DNA of 38,937 nucleotides from Basidiobolus meristosporus CBS 931.73 (lineage: Eukaryota > Fungi > Basidiobolomycota), in NCBI GenBank assembly GCA_002104905.1, contig MCFE01000757.1, positions 1 through 38,937 on the forward strand, read 5' to 3'. Position numbers and translations under genes: made by a program. Shown here in pieces: positions 11,145-24,894 of this stretch. The notes beneath the pieces are model-generated. The model did not search any database and was not told where the DNA came from. It saw only the letters and a list, made by a program, of their open reading frames with translations. The first letter of the stretch is position 1, and every line of letters begins with the position of its first letter.

Positions 11145-12569
11145 GGCTAGAGATCAGTGAAACGTGAATCGATTGGGATGGTGCCCACCAGATCGTCCGT
11201 TATTATAGCAATCCACTGAATTCGATGGAATTTCCACGGAGCCATCTTGACTGTAGGCACCACCTGGTGCGTTGAATTTCGCTAAATCGCTACTGGATAT
11301 ATCCTATCGCCATGGCCTCTTTTGGAAAGGAATGTTACTTGGCTTCGATCAGGGTCTGAGGGACTTTTGATTGGGAGATGGATTGAGCGACATCCCTGTA
11401 CGAAATTCGCCATCATTTGACGCAATGCTTCACTGGCGGTTTCATTTAACCATACCTATGAAGGGCAATGAGCCCACGGGCATGTGGATGGAGGATCCAA
11501 CAAAGATCCGTTGATTCATGTGGGCACTAGCTCGTTCCAGCATGCATCCACAATCGACGAAATCAACCATTGAGGGGGGTCAGTGCGAGCTTCCATGCCC
11601 TGCGGAACATGGCGCAACGTGGCCGAGCAATCCCACATCTGGGCATTCCGAGAGATCTGGCATGCGAGGGAACGCGCGCCACTTGGTACCTCCTACCAGC
11701 CGAAGCATTGCTGAAATGTGAATTTCTCCACCGACCAGGAACGCCGCTATCCGCACCACCATGGCCTACTGGGGCCAAAGAATTTGCCTCATCCAGCGAT
11801 CCCCGTAGTCATGGTCTAATGAGATACCTTAAGAGTTTGCCTGGCACCCAAATCACCTGGCACTGCATCCCATCCTCTGCCCAATATGGCATCGGCTCCA
11901 TATCCATATTGGAGCACAGCAGCAATTTACCTCTGGTGGGGAATGGCCACGAATAGACCCATTCATCCATGATCGGATAGAAGGGCGCATTTGAAAAAGG
12001 AAACAAGTGCCCTGTATATAGGCAGATTCGCGGCACTCCCACGAACGAATCCATATTCCCCAGGATCCCTTCCCTGTTCTACTCGAGACTTACTTTTGCT
12101 CGCGAGCCAATCGCCCGATTCACTCGAATCTGTACTGCAGACCAGGCTACGCTGTGCACATCAGAATGGGTGGGTGATTTTATGGCGCTTTTGGGTTATA
12201 ATCAACATGTATTGGTAAATGGATGCGGGATAGACATGCTTCATTGTCTGGCATGTTGATGGTGATGGAGTCATTGGATGAAAGGTTAGGGTTTTAGAAA
12301 GTGGGGGGGGGGGGGGAAGAGAGGGAGGGAGCAAGATGACTTCTCGTTCGATTACAAAAATTCGTTTTTTAAATTGGACTAAATACTGGGGATAGTGCGC
12401 CACATCTATTTCGAGCTCGCAATTACAATCAACAGGCATCGATTCTGGGAAAGGATGTATACTCGCAATGAACCCACATGTCTCTATCTAAAGGTAAACT
12501 TCTCTGAGGACCAGCACCCCCGCACCGGGTCGACCTTCTCGGGAGTGGATTGATTGGGTCGCCGCCTCT

Positions 12570-14729
12570 TTACTCTTGGTCACTGATATCCATGCTTTGC
12601 GTATCGTCACCGAACTGCTGACGAAAGTCATCGATGTTGATCACCGTTCCGTGTTTCCGTGCCTCCTCCGCGGCGAACACACACAGATGGATGTCTAGAA
12701 GCCACGGTTAGCCAAGAGATCGATGAACAGAACAGCCGGTAAAAATCACCTAATGCATTCTCGGATTCGCAAGAGTAGAGCCCGTTGGATTCGTAGTACA
12801 CAATATACTCCAAAAAAGATCGGATCACTCCGCTGTTGTCCCCATCTGCATATTAACGGTGTTAGCTTGGCCTATCGCCAGTCGTGGTGGAGTCCTTACC
12901 ATGGACGGAGACTTCTCCGTGATCCTCATCCCGCTCCGGTCGGATGATCTCGATTCGACGAGTGAGGAAATTGAACAGACGGATCGCCTGTCCATCCGCC
13001 TCCAGCTCCCCCAATGTACCAAAAATTCTTGTCTTGTACTCGCACGATGATTCCGTACAAGAAACCATGGTGAAGTTGCATGTTTTGCCTCCATCAAACT
13101 CCATACTTATAATCTAGTCACAAGTTAATACGTGCGTTTCAATCTCGAGACAGCTAGAGAAAGGGTCTACCTGACTACTAACGCTGTCATCCGTACTAAC
13201 TGTTGTGTTGAACACATCTGGTAGATTTTCGATCTCTACAGACGACTGTCAGCATTTCGCCATGGCGCTTCCATTTGGGTAACGTGAGCTTACCGTTGAT
13301 GAATGCTGGTGCGGCTTCCGATGAAGCCTCGAACGCGTTTGGAGATGAAAGGTACATCTGCTTGGCAGAGTTGCAGCACTCTCGTTCGTGCGGGCATTGC
13401 CGGCACCGACTAAACACAGAGATGTTAGTGTCGTAATCCAGGGTCAGGGTTACCCAGCTAAACCTGCCTTGAATCAGGAAGTTGAAAGCCTTTCTTTGAT
13501 TTTGGAGCTGAGTAGAGATCTCCAAAAGAGCTGACTTGCTGTTAAACACACACCCAGATCAAAAGGTCAATTCTCCATCCGACACGAGAGGACACAAGCA
13601 TATGACTAACTAACCCGACACTGAGTTCCGATAAACCATGTGATGAGATCGATGTCATGAAGATTCTGTGGGAAGGTTTGATATCAGTGGATTGGGCTAC
13701 AGTATTCGAAATTCTTTTTTCATACCTTAGCCAAGAGAGACAGGGAGCTGCTTTTCCGTTTGGTGCCACTACGTGTAAACTGAAGTGATATGAGCGCGAT
13801 GACCAAAGAAGAACATCATCTGGCTAGCTTACCGAGGGCTGGAAGTGATAGATGCCCACTGGCTCAAGATGCTGAATGCTCATCACCTCTCCTATCGCCC
13901 CGGAATCGATGAGACGCTTTATCGTTTTGTTATAAGCGCTATACCTTCTTGGATGCCCGATGTAGAACAATAACTGCGGGGCCCCATAGAAAAACCAATT
14001 CCGGTTAACCATCATATCCGAGAAATCAACAAGATCAACTCATTACGTTATTTAGAATGGCAGTGTCGACCGCCCGTCGGCAGCCTGCAAGGTCTAAAGT
14101 GGTGGGATTCTCCAGCAAGACGTGGTAGCCTTTCTCCAGAAAAGCTGGACCCGGTCCGGGTTAGTACCTTCGAAAGGTGAAATATTGGGGCGAGCTTCAC
14201 GTACCCAGAGCACATTCATACTGCAAAGAATCGAGGTTGGTGATGATGACAGCATCAGCTACTTTGGACTGGTTTGCCAACTAAAGGTTGGGTGAGAAAT
14301 CGAGTGGTACCAAGTCAGTGCACAGGAATTGGTGGCCACTACGTGGATAAATATACTAACGTTTCTCCAACTGGAAAATATCATTTCCGGTGCAATGTTG
14401 TGTCTCTAGAAAACAACAGTTCGTTAATGCACCGCAGGGCAACCAGCCGGGAAGGTGGGGAATAGGCTTTAGTCAAACCTTGGCTAAGTTGAACCGTCTA
14501 AATTCGGTTGGTGAAGCAACTGCTGCTATCCGCATCAGGTTGGGATTTTTTAGAGCAAAATTGGCGTAGACCGCACCTCTGCAATGTGGAGCAGCGAGTT
14601 AGGAAAAAAGCCGAGTAGAATGGTGCCTACTATGAGGCTTTCAATATCAGACGAGCCAACACACCTATTACCACCACCAATGATGCATATACTGACTGGA
14701 ACTCTAGGATTCAAACCAGAGTTGGGCAT
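12570..14729 (-). CDS. Gfo/Idh/MocA-family NAD(P)-binding oxidoreductase-like protein, 13 introns including one GC-AG
   Basis: Spliced model gives IIGGGNRG, ADAVII, GYHVLLENP, IGH..RYS.YN..IKRLIDSGAIGEV.SIQHLEPVG, LHDIDL, VSSFG, RCRQC..EC, MEFDGG..FTMV..KTRIFGT.GELE and HLCVFAAEEARK. The frame stays open to TAA at 12572-12570. Confidence 0.9.
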
Positions 14730-17700
14730 GATGATATTAAGCTAGCACACCCAGCGAATATGAAGAACGAGATAGGATACTTCTAAACTTCAAGGAAACT
14801 AGCAGGAAGGCTAGGGTCCAAACTGGTGAGGAGTGAAAAGGCAAGTATTACTTGGAAGTATGTTGGAAACAACGAAGGCTGTGTCGGCGAAAAGCTACTC
14901 AAGTCTAAGGTATGGATGACAGTATATCATCAACGGAAAGAAATATTCCAATGACACATCCAGCGAGGTAATACATCACTATATTTGAAATGGACCCTAG
15001 TTTAAATCCGTTAGGAACCACCAGAGGATCGTGAAAATTGGGGGAAACACGAAGATGGACCCAATTTAGTTGGAAGTGCGAGTGCTGAAACCAAGAAGTG
15101 CTAAATTAAGATCAAATATCCTTGTTTAAATTAACTCATTTAGTCAAGCTGATTCGACTGCCATGTTGGGTTTGCTCAGCGATCAAACTCGATTCCGTGG
15201 AATGGATTAGCATCGAGTGGATCTTGATTATCTACTGACGTCTCAGCTCAACAAGAGTTGGGGGACAGCAGGTGTCTCTAAGAAATCCCAATATGGAGAC
15301 GCACAGGTAGACCAACCACGGAATACAGCCACTCAAGTTCGACCCGTTCTCCCTGATAGCCTCATTCCCACTCACTAAGCAAGGCTGTTTCCATATTTGC
15401 GCTAGTCCCCTTAAACCGCTTATAGACCGAAATCTAGACCGTCCGATCCACCAAATATAGCCATTTATGTAATGTTGGGGGAGCCAATGGTGACAACCAT
15501 TGCCTTTTCGACTGGCACGCAGACAACCAAGCAAACACCAGCATCGATAGGTAGTGTTTCCAAGAGCTGTGGCCAACCCCATATGGCCGCGGCTGACGAA
15601 CACTCGTTGGCTGGGAAGGCAATGGTCCTGTTTGGCCTATTCACTGGGATCGACGTTTGTCAATTCTGGTGGGCCCAAGGCCAAATTTATTCACGGTGTT
15701 TCACATGTTTCAGTGTCATTACGACCGAATGTCGCACCATGATTGGGCAACAAGCTAGCTGTAGAAGGAAGAAACCGGTTCAGCTATGGGGAGCTGCTGA
15801 TTGGCACCGGTGCCTTGTGGAGAGTGATTAACGCCAGAATGCGGCTTGGATGGTTTAGTTGTGATTAGATGATCATAGTGCAAGCACCAAGCGCGGTGTA
15901 CCCAATCCATTGCCAGCTTGTGTTTCATGTACTTCTCACATTTTGCCAAATTAGACTCTTGTGGAACCGTAACAACATTAACCAGAAATGACCCATGGTG
16001 CATGATTCAGATTAGCATTAGGTCGGCGTGGATCCACTAGTAACTGAAAGAGCCCGACACTACTGCAGTCTGAGTGCATGGAGGTGGGCCATCAATGGAT
16101 CTATCATTCAGCCCACCACCAAGGCCCTTTCTATTTGGGAAAATGGCCCATATACAAAGGTTTATTAGATACATACTTGTACATAGAGGATGTTCTATCT
16201 GCCGGATCTGTGGCCACGCTCCGCTAATCACAGCCTCGAAAGCCGTTCAATTTGGTTCGCGGAAGCTCGTTTGCGCTGGTTAGCTGGGCGTTTGGGATGG
16301 ATGGTGAAATGTTGCTGGATGCGGCATTTCCTGTCCCTTCCAACAAATCGTGGATTTTCGATGTATGCCTACTCGGTAATTGGAGTTATTAATCACGATC
16401 TGCCCTCCAGCAGATTTCGAGAGATTTCTTGACTGATTTTCTAGATTAATGTTGGATCTCCATAGGTAGCATGGGCGTGAGCGTGGGCGGGGCAGGGGAA
16501 GTTGGAATGGTCATCTGAGCTAGCTATGAGGCTTGTTGTCGCAGGCAGCCGCTCCAATCGCCAGTGGGTGTTGTACCATACGGGCCATCATGACATCGCC
16601 ATATGGGCGATGCTCCCAGATACGAAGATATGCCATCTTCACACGAAGCGAATCCTGTAGTTTTCATGGGGCATTGGATGCTCATCGGACGGATGGTCAT
16701 TCTAGGCCTATGCAACTGCTGGATGGGTGCAAGTGTAGTGACACTGTGTCAATACTGGATGGCGGGGAGTGAGTATGGGAAATGCGCACACGCATAATTT
16801 GCGATACTTGATCATCATTGTTTGTCTTACAACATCCGCTATTGTATGACTTTAGGGCTGCACACCGGATGGATTATTATTGCATTTGCGGTGATCCTCT
16901 GGCTCGATCCGTCGCCTGACCTCAAGGACTATAAGGTTTGTATTGATAGTCAATAGATCCTGAAAAATGGGATTGGGATTGGGAATGAGGCTCATGCATC
17001 CATGAATCCTAACTTAATGTAGAGTATCATGCGGTAACGTAATGTCAATCCTAAACCTTGAGAAGTCTCGCCCCAGAAAGTGCTGGCCGCTAAGATGAGA
17101 CATGGCTCAGTATCCGGTTGTATCTGCTACATGCTGCATATCCGACGCCGGCGAGACGCTGAGGGGATGGAAGCACCCACCCACGGGTATTCTAAGACAC
17201 CGGAGATTTAGGGAACAGCCAAAGGCCTGCAAACCACATTAGTGGGCATTCAACTCGCGCTTGGGTAGCGCGAACATAGGCTCCCAGTAGTTGAACGACC
17301 GAACATGATGGAGAATAGGGGCAAGGAGGCCTCGCCGCCCTTTGCGGATGATAGATCGATCTAACCGGTATCACTGACCACATCATTACATGGTAGGTGC
17401 GCCAACCCTTATTTTCAGAAGATATCTATTCAGCAACAGTGGCCGATTTGTGTAGATTTAAAGGCCTTGAGTTCAGCACCTGTACACCCGAATATCGCTT
17501 ATGATGGTCTGTGGTTGTAAGCCACTCCCTTGGCAGCGCTGTAAGAGAGCTTAGCTTGAAAGCAGATTTGGCCAAAGCGGCTGGTACGCAGTATATCTAA
17601 ATATAGCCCTGGACAATGCTGGTGAGGGGCCGAAAGGGGGTGATTTGCTGCTAATATTAAAACGGTCCCGTGCTGAAGTGAAGTTTGGGATCCCGTACTT

Positions 17701-19110
17701 TTGTTGGGGTATGTATAGCGACCGCATTCCTTCTAGTATCACCTTGGGGATGTCTTCATTTCGCAAATCCCGCCTGTTGCAACATGTCGACTTCTCATAT
17801 ATGGCTACATGTAATACGAAATGAAAAGTCTGTCAGATGCTTGAGGTTGTCATCAAGGCTTGGGAGGGTGTGTATCGCGCCCATTTAATTGATTCCATTA
17901 CTCCAGTCCACTGTTCAGTACGCCAATCCTGCGAAATCAAATGTGGGAATGGGACCCAGAAGGCTTGGTCGGTGAATGGAAATGGCCCACCTGAATAAAA
18001 CAATCGAAATCACAGGCCGGCTGCCGGAAAATCCCCATTACCCCGGGATTCGACCATTCAAGGGATGGGGTTGGCCTCTATATTTGAGATAACACGACCC
18101 CACTCTGGCAAAAGGAAAGCGGGCTTTGAAGGCTTTTCACAAGTGAAGAAGGTTAGGCGCAGCAGTCTATAATGTTGAATAGTGTTAGTCTCCTATAGAA
18201 CCTAAAGCCCATAGTATTGTTTGCTTTGGATAAGGGAACCATGAAGATTCAGTGACTAAATTTGCCTACCATATGCTGGTTCTGGATAGTGGGGAACTCG
18301 GGGGGGGGTCCCTTTGGCTAAGTAGTGGGTGTAGCATGAATTGATGACTATGTTGATAGTATTTCACTAGCTTTGTTACAAAAATCTCCAAGTATCTTTT
18401 GTCAAGCAATCAAAGCTCTATTTGCTAATAGGCCTCATCTCTCAATTCTGGGAAGTGTTCTTTGTGTACAGGGCATTAGGTTTCCTTGCTTAACACTAGG
18501 TCTACAGGTGATGTCAAAGTCAAAGCAGAGCTGCAAGCGTGACTATCTGCATGTTTTGGATTAAGTACCTTGGAGGTACTTGAGTGACTTGTTCCTGTTG
18601 CAAGTTTTGTAATTACACCTAAATACTCACTTAATCACTAAGATTGCTGTCTGCTCAATTACCTTACTTAGATTTATCTAGAATATCTCAGCAAGATATC
18701 AGAAACTTGGGACATGAAGAATCTCAAGGTTTTTCATTTTGTAAGAGTTTTGGAGATTTAGGAAATGATTGGGCAAACAAGTAAGATATGGGGTCTTCAC
18801 TTAATGATCTATTGAACATAGAAGCAGTATAAGTATTTTACATGTTCATGGCAAAATAAACTCACAAATAATGTTTACAAAGATTCCAAAAACATGTATG
18901 CAAAGTTTGACAAATTTTAAGCAACTTATATTTAATCATATATTTTCAGATGTGTTTGGTGAAAATTCTATAAGGAAATTCCAAAAAGAAATCTGACCAC
19001 AGTTCTCTAGCATTTGCAGACTATGATATAAGCTCTGAGGTTAGATATGTTTTAGATGCACTTGGAAAGCCTACAATACTCCCACCTAACTAAATAATCA
19101 TATCTACTAA

Positions 19111-20066
19111 CTGTACTGACAGCCAACTGACCTTGGAGGTACTACTTGTGAGGAATACTCAGAGTAGGTATCTTTTATTATATTTGATTCTTTCCCAAGT
19201 TTGCTCTTGTACAGGCAAAGATACTTTTCTGTCTTTGTAACTAATGACCACAGCTGCATTCTTATCAACTCCCTGCTGGTGGAGTTTACAGTTGCTTTGA
19301 CTTTGGAAGCTTTAGTACATTGTCATTTCAAAGGATGCTGAACCCAGCACATACTTCTGTCAAGGTGCCAACTAAGTTTGGGATTGTTCCTCAATAGTTT
19401 CCCTTTACAAGCATGTGGCTTTATTTCCCTTCACATTGGAGTAGAGTACATTGCGTAACATTGACTTGGAGCTTTCCAGAGGTTGCTAGAATGTAGTACA
19501 ATTTTCTAGAAGGAACTGGGATTTCTTCAGCAACTTGATTTAGCTTGAACATCAGAGACCAGGGATGTCATGTGATCATGACAGCTCCTGAGGTAGCTAC
19601 TGGTTTTTATTGCTGCCAGGTCCTTCTCTGTTACTTTGACTGAGTGCTCTTCAAGTGGAATTACACTTTCTGCTTGATTATCAAGTTTGTTCTGGTACAG
19701 GCAAAGATACGTTTCAGTCTTTGTAACTATTGACCACAGCTGCATTCTTATCAAGTCCCTGCTGGTGGAGTTTACAGTAGCTATGACTTTGGAAGGTTTA
19801 GTACATTGTCATCTCAAAGGATGCTAAACCCAACACATACTTCTGATAAGGTGCCAACTAAGTTTGGGATTGTTGCTCAATAGTTTCCCTTTACAAGCAT
19901 GTGGCTTTATTCCCCTTCACATTGGAGTAGAGTACAGTAGAGTAGAGACAGAACCCAAGTATTCCTAGCAAGCTTTTGCCAGAGGTTATTGCACCCAGTG
20001 AACACCCCACACATAAACCACTTGAGAAGTGTTGGACATATCTCTCCCTTAGACTTTACACCACCA
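19111..20066 (+). repeat. Two partial, tandemly arranged LTR fragments (about 19111-19447 and 19682-20066), same family as the Ty3 LTRs, opposite orientation
   Basis: Reverse complements of LTR segments (CAGCTGCATTCTTATCAA.TCCCTGCTGGTGGAGTTTACAG twice). The second fragment ends with the LTR terminus-like TACACCACCA. Confidence 0.85.
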
Positions 20067-22300
20067 GAGTGCTGATTGGCAAGGACTACAGCTTTTTTCT
20101 TATGCCTCCCTGTCTCTGGCCTGAGTAGACTTTTTTCCCTTTGCTTTTTCCTTTGTCACTGCCAGGTCTTTCATTCATACCTTGACTGAGTGCTTCTTGA
20201 GTAGAAGTACACTTTTTCCTTTGTAAATGTTGTGCTGGTGCATCTGTGTCTGCGTGCTTGTCCCTTATTGGCACTCTTCCAGGCACCTGATGCCTCTTTG
20301 ATGCTTGTTTGGAGTTTTCAGCTGTGCTTGTAATGGGCTGTTGAGGAAGCTGCTGGCTTTTAGCCATTGCACCCTTGTTCTGCCATTGATGGTTTCTGCT
20401 ATTCTTGAAATACTTGCTTACCAGACCAATGCTGGCCCAAGATATGTTTGCTTGTTTGAGTCCAGGATAATGCTCACAGAACAAGCCAAGCATATTCTGC
20501 TTGGCCTTGAGTTCTTGATGGTCCCATGTGTGTTGGCCTTAAGGTTTGGGCATGCTAAGCTTCTAAGAGCCTCTTGAATATTATCCCAATTTTCATCATT
20601 GTACTTAACATCTTCATGTATCTTCAATGACTTTTGATTTTTAGGCTTTGGTTTTAACATTGAAGCTTCTCCCTCCCATGCTGTGATAGGTTCTTCAGTG
20701 GGCTTTATCTTGAGTCACTGTTGTTATGCTTCCAAGATTGTACAGTGTTCATCTGCTGTTACATCAGGAAATGGCTCAATACTTGGTTATGATATTGAGC
20801 CACTTTAGTTCCTCCTTTGCAGCAAAGATACTGCTTTCTCTACCTGAGATACTGATTGTTCTACACATACTATCTGCTCATCCTGTTTCTGGATTATTTC
20901 CTGATTTTTCTAGGCCATTGCATCTATCTTGTCAGCTAATGCACTTAATTGCCTCATTAATGCTTTGGTATTAGCTTACAAAATATTTGCTAATACAGGT
21001 AGTGGTGATGCTACAATGGCCACTTGCTTGTCTTCAGCTGAAGGTACTGCTTTTGCTGAATTCTCATCTGCCTCTGCATTATAGTCAGCTTACAGCTCTA
21101 CAGAGATTCTCAGTTGCCTACATGACTGAGAGCCTCAGGAGTCAGCACTATAACCTTGAGTTAGTGCACTGTCCCCAGGGCGTTTTTTGGTTGTAGCCCT
21201 GCTTGTTGCACTGAATGTCAAAGCAAGCTGTTGTCCAACTGTTCTTCTGCTGCCATCAGCAGTGGGGCTTGGTTGGGAACCAGACAACTTTGCTTTATCA
21301 TTTGGCAGCATATATATGAAAGTGAGTGAAACTAAAGGGAAAACAAGGTTACATATGTATGTGTATGTGGTGCCAAAACTTTGTTTATAATGCTAACTAT
21401 GGCAGGTCATCATTGAATCTTACATTCATGTAGGTGCAATGTCTCAAATACAAGACTGTCTTAAGTTCACAAGAGTATTGACCAAAAAGTGATATAATAG
21501 TGTTGCATTGTTGAAGGTCAAGCTGTTTGCCTCATGGACACAACTACTTTGACTTAATGCCATAAGAGAAGAGAAAAAAGACCATGTGGCTATTGTGGCA
21601 AGCCTCCCAGCCATGAAGCATGCACACAGCATAGGATGTATTACAAGGATTGTGGCCAGTGTTTTGCCACACAAGTTGTATTTGACCATTCACCAGTCAC
21701 TAGTGCACCAACAATATCTTGTAAGCCACTTTATACTTCTATAATGACACCTGACTGTACTTGCCACCTTGCGCAAGCTGAGTCAGGTGAGTTTGTGATG
21801 CATTTAGGCTCATGCCAGCCTTCTGAACATTGCACACAGAGTGTTAGCTCTGAAGAAGCAGGCTCACTGATGGATTATGAACCTATCTCCCCAAACAACA
21901 GTACCCTGCATGAGCCTGCTAATACCCAAATATTTACCAAGAAAACACCTGTAGAAAAAAATGCCAAGGGCACTTTATAGAGTCAAGAGAGCCCAGTATT
22001 CCATCTACTGGTGAATGATGTGATGTTGTGGTTAGAGAAGTGGTGCATTTCCACTAATACCAGCAACGGGGGCTTTGAGGATTTACTAATACTTCTTGCT
22101 AAAATCATCCTGGGACGCAACTTACCATTTACATGGTAAAAATGGACAACTGTCATGCAGCTGACAACATATGACCAAGATACCATTCTGTTGTCTGCAT
22201 GCTTTAGCAATTGCATAGCATTCAAATCAGAAAATGCTACTGTTGCAAGATGTCCAACTTATTGGGAATCCACCACCATTGGGGGAAACATTTTTCACAC
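20067..22300. mobile_element. Degenerate CACTA/EnSpm-like DNA transposon, copy 1: ORF2 remnant on minus (~21311-20086) and transposase N-terminus on plus (~21870-22300); ends approximate
   Basis: Inverted homology to 24070-25680 (DVMLWLEKWCISTN.SNGGFEDLL; MLP..KAKLSGSQP start). Termini not identified. Confidence 0.65.
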
Positions 22301-22699
22301 TCCAGGTATTTTCCAGTAATACCCTATCTAAAGAAGCTCAAGCACTCAAACAGATATTACAAAGGTACAGTTCTATCACCTCAACTCTACAGCTTTTTGG
22401 TGTAATACTTGCAAAGCTGCCATTTACCTGGTACTGCTGGTAACATATACATCTTGCAAACATATGCTTGGTTGTTGCCACTTCTGCCATGAATACCTCC
22501 TGAATATTTGCAAAGAACTTCTGGGTATTTAGCCAATATATTCCTTCTCCTTGCTAGATTCTAGTCCCCTAATAGGTGTGCTCTGGCTTTGCTTGTGTGA
22601 ATTCTGTATTGAATGGTGTTGAAGTTGGCTTGTGACCATGAGAAATCCAGCATATCTTGGTAGAGTTTTCCTAATAAAGATTAGTTGTTTGCTGCACCC

Positions 22700-24462
22700 A
22701 ATCTAACTGTGGGTTACTTAATGAATTGCCCACACATTGGGGCAGTTTAGCTTCTTGATGTCATAGGCATAGGTGTCTCCATGTGCACATCAGTCTTCAA
22801 TACTTTTCACCTCTTTTTGGCTGTCCTCAACATGCCAGCACATCTCATCCATGACAGACTTGAAGGTAATATTGTTGATGAGATTGGGTATGGTAGTGCC
22901 TGTGACTTGATTTATCATCCTGTCTCACCACAAATCTGCTCCATAGCAAACTCCCAGAAGGTGAAGTAAGGCCCAATATTCTCCACACACCAAGCAAGAT
23001 GGAGTAGGAAATGGATACAGTAGTGGCAGATATATACTTGTTCAGCTTTATGGTTGTAGTATAGCTGCTCAAATCCCATCTCAAGCTCTTTGCACAACAA
23101 CTGTAGATGCCGCAAGTTGGCATTGGTGATCTGCTTCTGGATAAATATTCCTAAAATGTCCACATATGACTCCCAATGCTTCCAATGTACTCTTGGTAAG
23201 AACGGCTTCAGAACACCACTTGAATAAATACATATCCAGTTCATCCAGTCTTTGCATTTGTATTGTCACATATACATATGAATATTAAGTGGAGCGTGTG
23301 AGAAGTACTTAGGGTAGCAGATACTCTGTAATATCTTGCCAATTCTTTCAAATTTCTCTGGTATGTTGAAGGGCACATTCAGCTTGAAAATGCCCATGTA
23401 CAACTTGGTCATCAGTATAGGGATATTGTTGAAAAGCAAATGCAATGCCCCCAGTGGAAAGCTTTTGCTCCAACAGATACCCTCTATCTTAAGTATCACT
23501 GGTTTCTAATTGATTCTATATTCTGGCCAATGGCTATAACTTGCCAACTTTGCTGCAACTGCATGCTTACTTCTGTACATTCTCTCTGTGGAAAGATGAT
23601 GTTCTTAGTGCTGGTGTTTGGATAATAAAAATGTGCCTGAGTAATGGAATAAATCCCCAGGATCTCACACATTTGATAGCAATACCGTCCATTGTACCCA
23701 GAAAAATCTGCTATCTTGCTGATGGCTGGGGTATCTCCAATGCAGAAAATAATATGCGCTTTTACATGACAGCCATATACTAATATGGTGTTGGAAAGCA
23801 TACACAATTCATCCAGCAATGGATACAGGTGGCTATCCAGATTGCTAAGGCATGGTCATGCATACCTTGAGAGTAATCCTTGCTTCTTAGCTGTTTGTAA
23901 TGTTTGCCATCAAATATATATTGGATATGTTTACGCTTGATTGATACTGAGTGCAATACTGTATAGCTTTGCAATACTTGTTGGACTGCATCAGATTCCT
24001 CAGACAGGGTTTGACTGGAATATATCCAGAGTGTGAACAATGTTTTCCCTCAATGATTGTAAATCCCTGACAATTTGGACATGTTGCAATGGTAGCAATT
24101 TTGGATGTGAATGCCATGTAACTGTTAGCACATGCTGGAATCAGGACAGTCTCTGGATCATATGTTGCCTGCTGCATGGCAGTTGTTGACTTGTACCATG
24201 TAAACGTTGAGTTGCATCCCAGTGTGATTTTGGCAAGAAGTAGTAATAAATCCTCAAAGCCCCCATTACTGATGTTAGTGGAAATGCACCACTTCTCTAG
24301 CCACAACATAACATCATTCACCAGTAAATGGATTACTGGGCTCACTTGGCTCCATAAAGTATCCTTGGCATTTGTTTCCATGTGTGTTGTCTCATTGCAT
24401 ATAGAGATGTGACTGGGCTCATACATGGTAATCTTGCTGGCAGAGATAAGCTCAAAATCCAT
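22700..24462 (-). pseudogene. Disrupted CACTA/EnSpm (Tnp2-like) transposase, copy 2; left end approximate
   Basis: Fragments carry CANS.MAF..CPNC, IFDGKHY, GDTPAISK..GYNGRY.YQMC..G..YYP, LHLLFNN and FEQLYY..IHFLLHL..GPY..WEFAMEQICG; multiple stops and frameshifts. Confidence 0.8.
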
Positions 24463-24894
24463 CAGTGAGCCTTCTGTGTTAGAGCTATCACTCTACATGC
24501 CATATTCAGAAGGCTGAGGTGAGCCTAAAGGCATCACAAACTCACCTGACTCAGTTTGCACAAGGTGACAAAGATGGCCAGGTGCCATTAGAAAAGTATC
24601 AACTGGCTGGCAATATAATGTAGGTACAGTAGAGACCAATGGATGGTCAAATATGAATTGGGTGGCAAAACACTGGCTGTGATCCTTTTAATATTTCCTA
24701 TGCCATCTGCGTGCTTCATGGCTGGGAGGCTTGCCACAATAGCCACATGGTCTTTTTTCTCTTCTCTTATGGCATTGAGTCAAAGTAGTTGTGTCCATGA
24801 GGCAAACAGTTTGACCTTGAAGAACGTAACACTATTATATCACTTTTTGGTCAGTACTCATGTGAACTTAAGACAGTGTTGTATTTAAGACATT

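Noticed and set aside
11200-12540. CpG-rich 1.3-kb gap with many short ORFs and a 14-G run (12303-12316)
   Set aside because: No frame or splice chain gave a recognisable protein; the G run alone does not support a G-quadruplex claim.
13455-13470. Apparent frameshift suggesting the oxidoreductase is a pseudogene
   Set aside because: Resolved by a GC donor 4 nt upstream of the GT.
14800-18300. ORFs up to 123 aa on both strands
   Set aside because: No recognisable motifs or supported exon chain; a small orphan gene cannot be excluded.
18361-18370. CACTAG near the start of the CpG-poor domain as a CACTA terminus
   Set aside because: No matching inverted terminus or 3-bp TSD was found.
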